Shown here: positions 60,598 to 64,000 of the stretch, one piece after another | Position numbering within the stretch: the stretch's first letter is position 1 | Layout of the letters: each line of letters starts with the position of its first letter | IMG/VR virus record: IMGVR_UViG_2721755523_000003 | Location: 9,614 to 73,613 of that record | DNA length: 64,000 nucleotides | Strand: one strand, 5' to 3' | Source of the DNA: a virus | Lineage: Duplodnaviria; Caudoviricetes | Position numbers and translations under genes: made by a program | Notes under the pieces: model-generated | The model's input: only the letters and a program-made list of their open reading frames with translations | Told to the model about the DNA's origin: nothing | Databases searched by the model: none

Positions 60598-60921
60598 ATG
60601 CGCATGATGTGCCCCCACTGCAACGAACACGCCTACACCCGCACCAGCCTGCAGCTGACCAGCACCAGCCGCGAGACCATCTTCCAGTGCCGCAACTTCG
60701 AGTGCGGCCATGTGTTCTCGGCGGTCACCGAGATCAACCGCACCATCAGCCCCAGCGCCATCCCCAACCCCATGGTGATCCTGCCGATGAGCACGCACAT
60801 CAAGCGCAAGCTGCTGCAGACCCAGCTGGACGCCATGCCGTCCTCGCAATACGAAGGCGCAGCGCACCGCGCAGCCCAGGCGGCCGAATCCGCCCAATCC
60901 AGCGAAGGCGTGCGCAGCTAG
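60598..60921 (+). CDS. ogr: Ogr/Delta-like zinc-finger late activator
   Basis: CPHC...YTRTS...FQCRNFECGHVF...ISPSAIPNP. Confidence 0.9.
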   Translation: MRMMCPHCNEHAYTRTSLQLTSTSRETIFQCRNFECGHVFSAVTEINRTISPSAIPNPMVILPMSTHIKRKLLQTQLDAMPSSQYEGAAHRAAQAAESAQSSEGVRS

Positions 60922-61029
60922 CGCGGCCGGGGCGCCTTCGCCGCTCCTGACGGCGCCCCACCCGGCGCGCGGGCAGCCCGCCTGCACCGCCGCCACCCCA
61001 CCCCCTTTCCCGCAATCTGCGGAGCCTGC

Positions 61030-61482
61030 ATGAAGGCCCTGCGGGATGCGCTCACCCTGAAACGACCTGGACAGACCATGAAGCTCGGCGACCTGCGCCT
61101 TTCCGATCTGATGCGACTGCTGCGGGCAGACGATGCGCCCGCGCCCGAATACCGGCCCGAGGACCCGCCCGCGCTGCCCGAGGCCTACCAGCGCCTGAGC
61201 GTCCAGGACTGCCGCATCCGCCTGCGCGAGCTGCAGCGCGAGGCCGCGCAGCGCTGCGCCAACGGCCGCTGCGGCAGCGCCGAAAGCCGCGAATGGGCGG
61301 GCCTGGCCAGCCACTACCGCATGGCCCTGGTGCTGCTGGCGGGCATAGACGGCGAGATCGAGGAGCTGGCCCTGCGCGACTGGCGCGAAATGCCGCCGCC
61401 CGAGCGCGACGCCATCCGCCGCCAGATCCGAGCGCTGCGCACCTGCCTGCTGCCGCTGCGCGCGCTGGCCCTGAGGACCTGA
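61030..61482 (+). CDS. Hypothetical early protein (P2 B-position)
   Basis: 150 aa upstream of A; start may be 61072. Confidence 0.6.
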   Translation: MKALRDALTLKRPGQTMKLGDLRLSDLMRLLRADDAPAPEYRPEDPPALPEAYQRLSVQDCRIRLRELQREAAQRCANGRCGSAESREWAGLASHYRMALVLLAGIDGEIEELALRDWREMPPPERDAIRRQIRALRTCLLPLRALALRT

Positions 61483-61486
61483 GCCC

Positions 61487-63481
61487 ATGTCCGTCCTGCT
61501 CGCCGCCAAATCCACCGGCCGCAGGCTGCGCACCGCCAGCCTGCAGCAATGGGACCAGCACAAGCCCCGCCCCCACATGGTCCAGCGCGCCATGCAGGCG
61601 CTGGAAAAAGCCTTGCCGCCGCAGTGGCTGCAGCCCATGAAGCTGCTGGGCCTGGGCGACTGGCAAAAGGGCGCGCAACACGCCAACGGCCAGCCCGAAT
61701 GGGCGGCCTGCCACGACGCGCTGGCCGCCATTGACGACTTTGCCAGCCGCCACGGCCGTGCGGCCGAGTGGAATCTGGACGACTACGAGATCTGCCAGAT
61801 GGCCAGGCGCCTGAGCGACGAAGTCGGTGAGCTCGACGCCGGCGCCCAGGCCCAGAACATGGACCTGGCCGCACGCGTGGACCTGGTGCGGCTGATGCTG
61901 CGCATGCTGGGCCTGCAGGAAAGCACGCCGCTGGCCGGCGAGCCCGCCATTCGCCGCGCGCTGGACGCGGCCTGGTGGCGCCGCATGCTGCGCCGCCACG
62001 TCACGCGCACCGTGGAGGCCGGCGCCGTCAAGCTGGGCATCGTCAACCGCCGCACCGGCGGCTATGCCAGCAATGCCACCGTGCGCCGGCGCACCGCGCA
62101 GATCGAACGCAACGCCCGCGCGCTGGAGCGCAGCCTCTACCGAAACGAGGCCGGCCAGGTCTTCACCCTGGCCGAGCTGGCCGCGCTGTCGCCGGCCAAC
62201 CCCGTGATCCGTGGCGGCGAGCTGATGACGCGCATCCGCGGCGCAGAGGAATATGCCGACGCGCGCAGCCACGTCGGCCTCTTTCTCACGCTGACGGCGC
62301 CCAGCCGCTTTCACGCCGTCACGCTGGGCAGCGGCGGCCGGCCGCGCCCCAATCCACATTACGACGGCCACAGCACGCCGCGCGATGCCCAGCTGTGGCT
62401 GCGCACCATGTGGGCGCGCGTGCGATCGCACCTGGGCCGCCAGCGCATCGCCATGTACGGCATCCGCGTGGCCGAGCCGCACCATGACGCCACGCCGCAC
62501 TGGCACGCCCTGGTCTGGGCCGAGTGCGAGGAGCACGCCCAGCACATCGAGGCCGCCATCCGCAAATGGTGGCTCAGCGAAGATGGCGACGAGCGCGGCG
62601 CCCAGCGCAACCGCATCAACGTCAAGCGCATGACCGGCGGCGGCGCTGCCGGCTACGTGGCCAAGTACATCGCCAAGAGCGTGGGCCATGCGGCCCTGGC
62701 CGACCACCTCGACGTGGTGCAGGGCCGCCTGTGGGATGTGGAGCAGGGCGGCATGCCCGGCCACCGCCGCGTGGACGCCTGGGCCGCCTGCTGGGGCATT
62801 CGCCAGTTCCAGGCCGTGGGCATGCCCAGCGTCTGCGTCTGGCGCGAACTGCGCCGTGTCAGCAAGGACCAGGTCGAACAGATCCGCATCGAAGGCGACA
62901 AGGCCAGCTGGAAGGCCTGGGGCGCCAGCCACCGCCACGGGCCCGACATCCCCGCCGACTGGCGCCGCTACATGGAAGCCATGGGCGGCCACTGCCTGGC
63001 CCGCGACCGCTGGCACCTGCGCATGGCACGCCGCCCCGTGCCCGCCGGCGCCGTCAACCAATACGGCGAGGCCATCGCGCCCGGCTGCGGCCGCGTGGTG
63101 GGCCTGGAAACCCGGCGCGGCCAGTGGCTGGTCTCGCGCCGCATCGCCTGGCGCAGCGTGGCCCGCGCCACGCTGGAGTTCCAGGAAACCCAAGGTGCGG
63201 AAAGCGCCAAGGGTGCCGAGGTCGCCGAGGTCGCCGACGTGGCCCCGCCGACCCTGCTCGCCCGCGCGCCGCTGGCGCGCGCTTGGACTGGTTTCAATAA
63301 CTGTACGGCCCGGCTCACGGGCCACACGCTGCGCGCCCTCATCGGCCGCAGCGGGCACCTGCGCGAGGACCGGGGCAACCCGGCCGGGCCCGATTCGGGT
63401 GCCGATTCCGCGCCCGATTCCGTGCTGCACCGCCCCGCATCCGGCGCCACGCCATCCAACCACCCTTTCTTTACCAGCTGA
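61487..63481 (+). CDS. Replication initiator, P2 gpA-type HUH endonuclease
   Basis: FLTLTAPSRFH, EPHHDATPHWH, AAGYVAKYIAK, WGIRQFQ, WRELRR. Confidence 0.92.
   Translation: MSVLLAAKSTGRRLRTASLQQWDQHKPRPHMVQRAMQALEKALPPQWLQPMKLLGLGDWQKGAQHANGQPEWAACHDALAAIDDFASRHGRAAEWNLDDYEICQMARRLSDEVGELDAGAQAQNMDLAARVDLVRLMLRMLGLQESTPLAGEPAIRRALDAAWWRRMLRRHVTRTVEAGAVKLGIVNRRTGGYASNATVRRRTAQIERNARALERSLYRNEAGQVFTLAELAALSPANPVIRGGELMTRIRGAEEYADARSHVGLFLTLTAPSRFHAVTLGSGGRPRPNPHYDGHSTPRDAQLWLRTMWARVRSHLGRQRIAMYGIRVAEPHHDATPHWHALVWAECEEHAQHIEAAIRKWWLSEDGDERGAQRNRINVKRMTGGGAAGYVAKYIAKSVGHAALADHLDVVQGRLWDVEQGGMPGHRRVDAWAACWGIRQFQAVGMPSVCVWRELRRVSKDQVEQIRIEGDKASWKAWGASHRHGPDIPADWRRYMEAMGGHCLARDRWHLRMARRPVPAGAVNQYGEAIAPGCGRVVGLETRRGQWLVSRRIAWRSVARATLEFQETQGAESAKGAEVAEVADVAPPTLLARAPLARAWTGFNNCTARLTGHTLRALIGRSGHLREDRGNPAGPDSGADSAPDSVLHRPASGATPSNHPFFTS
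63277..63304 (+). other. P2-type rolling-circle ori inside gene A
   Basis: GCGCGCTTGGACTGGTTTCAATAACTGT resembles the P2 ori (...TCAATAACTGT, recalled). Confidence 0.6.
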
Positions 63482-63502
63482 TCCACCCCAGGAGGACCCA
63501 CC

Positions 63503-63751
63503 ATGCACCACAACATCACCGCCCTGCGCAGCTACCGCGCCACCCTCATCCCCCACGGCGTGGACGCCGCGCAGCTGGATCAACTGGCCGACGCCCGCCT
63601 GCTGCCCGTGCTGCGCCTGAAGGCGGCCAGCGCCAGCCACGCCCAGGCCTGCGCCCTGCTGGCCAGCGGCCGGCCCGTTCTGCGAGTCGAGCGAGTTGAA
63701 CGTGCGGAGCGCAAGAAGGCAGGCAAGTCCATCACGCCGCGCCAGGCCTGA
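63503..63751 (+). CDS. Hypothetical protein
   Basis: 82 aa, GGAGG RBS. Confidence 0.6.
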   Translation: MHHNITALRSYRATLIPHGVDAAQLDQLADARLLPVLRLKAASASHAQACALLASGRPVLRVERVERAERKKAGKSITPRQA

Positions 63752-63793
63752 TCAAGCACCCCAGCACCGGACACGACATCGGAGAACACCGCA

Positions 63794-64000
63794 ATGACGC
63801 AACAGAACATGGAACTCTTTCACAGCGCCCCGCGCCTGGACACCCAGGGCATCGCCAACTACCTGGGCCTGAGCCGCGAGCACGTCACCGCGCGCCTGAC
63901 CAAGCGCCCGGACTTTCCCAAGCCCTTCATCAACGCCAGCCGCCGCATCCGCTACTGGCGCATGGCTGACGTCAAGGCCTGGGCCGAGGGGCGCCGGTGA
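63794..64000 (+). CDS. AlpA/excisionase-like HTH protein
   Basis: LDTQGIANYLGLSREHV...RPDFPKP...RYWRMADVKAW. Confidence 0.8.
   Translation: MTQQNMELFHSAPRLDTQGIANYLGLSREHVTARLTKRPDFPKPFINASRRIRYWRMADVKAWAEGRR

Noticed and set aside
47041-63640. Very long minus-strand ORFs (47041-50187, 52768-55011, 54884-56809, 61052-63640) as possible hidden head genes
   Set aside because: Antisense to well-supported P2-like genes, with His/Gln/Arg-biased shadow composition and no capsid, portal or terminase motifs.

Overview
GC-rich betaproteobacterial chromosome segment (Comamonadaceae-like, inferred from GC content, codon style and gene order). A ~7 kb host block on the minus strand (tig-clpP-clpX-lon-tRNA-Gly x3-tRNA-Cys) sits between two integrated phage elements. 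LEFT (<1 to ~31.7 kb): a lambda-like siphovirus prophage next to the 3' end of tRNA-Cys, with tail, head, cos-type terminase, split primase/helicase, cro/cI switch with ATCCA-N3-TGGAT operators, early genes, xis and int. Between xis and int is an AT-rich Lamassu/ABC-three-component defence operon. Its LmuA-like protein has no enzymatic effector domain. It is translationally coupled to an unannotated 59-aa transmembrane peptide (30058-30237) that shares an SQxxNxxxGDxxxGD motif with the LmuA N-terminus. This looks like motif-mediated (possibly amyloid) signalling from an SMC-like sensor to a membrane effector and is the best candidate for a new system here. RIGHT (~38.6 kb to >64 kb): a P2-like element next to a probable tRNA-Leu 3'-end att remnant. 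It has lysis, contractile tail, three fibre/chaperone modules, repressor, ogr and replication protein A with its ori, but no portal, terminase or capsid genes in the window (head-less, tailocin-like, apparently still replicative). It also carries a LexA-boxed small gene. Product names come from motif and family recognition by eye, not from database searches.
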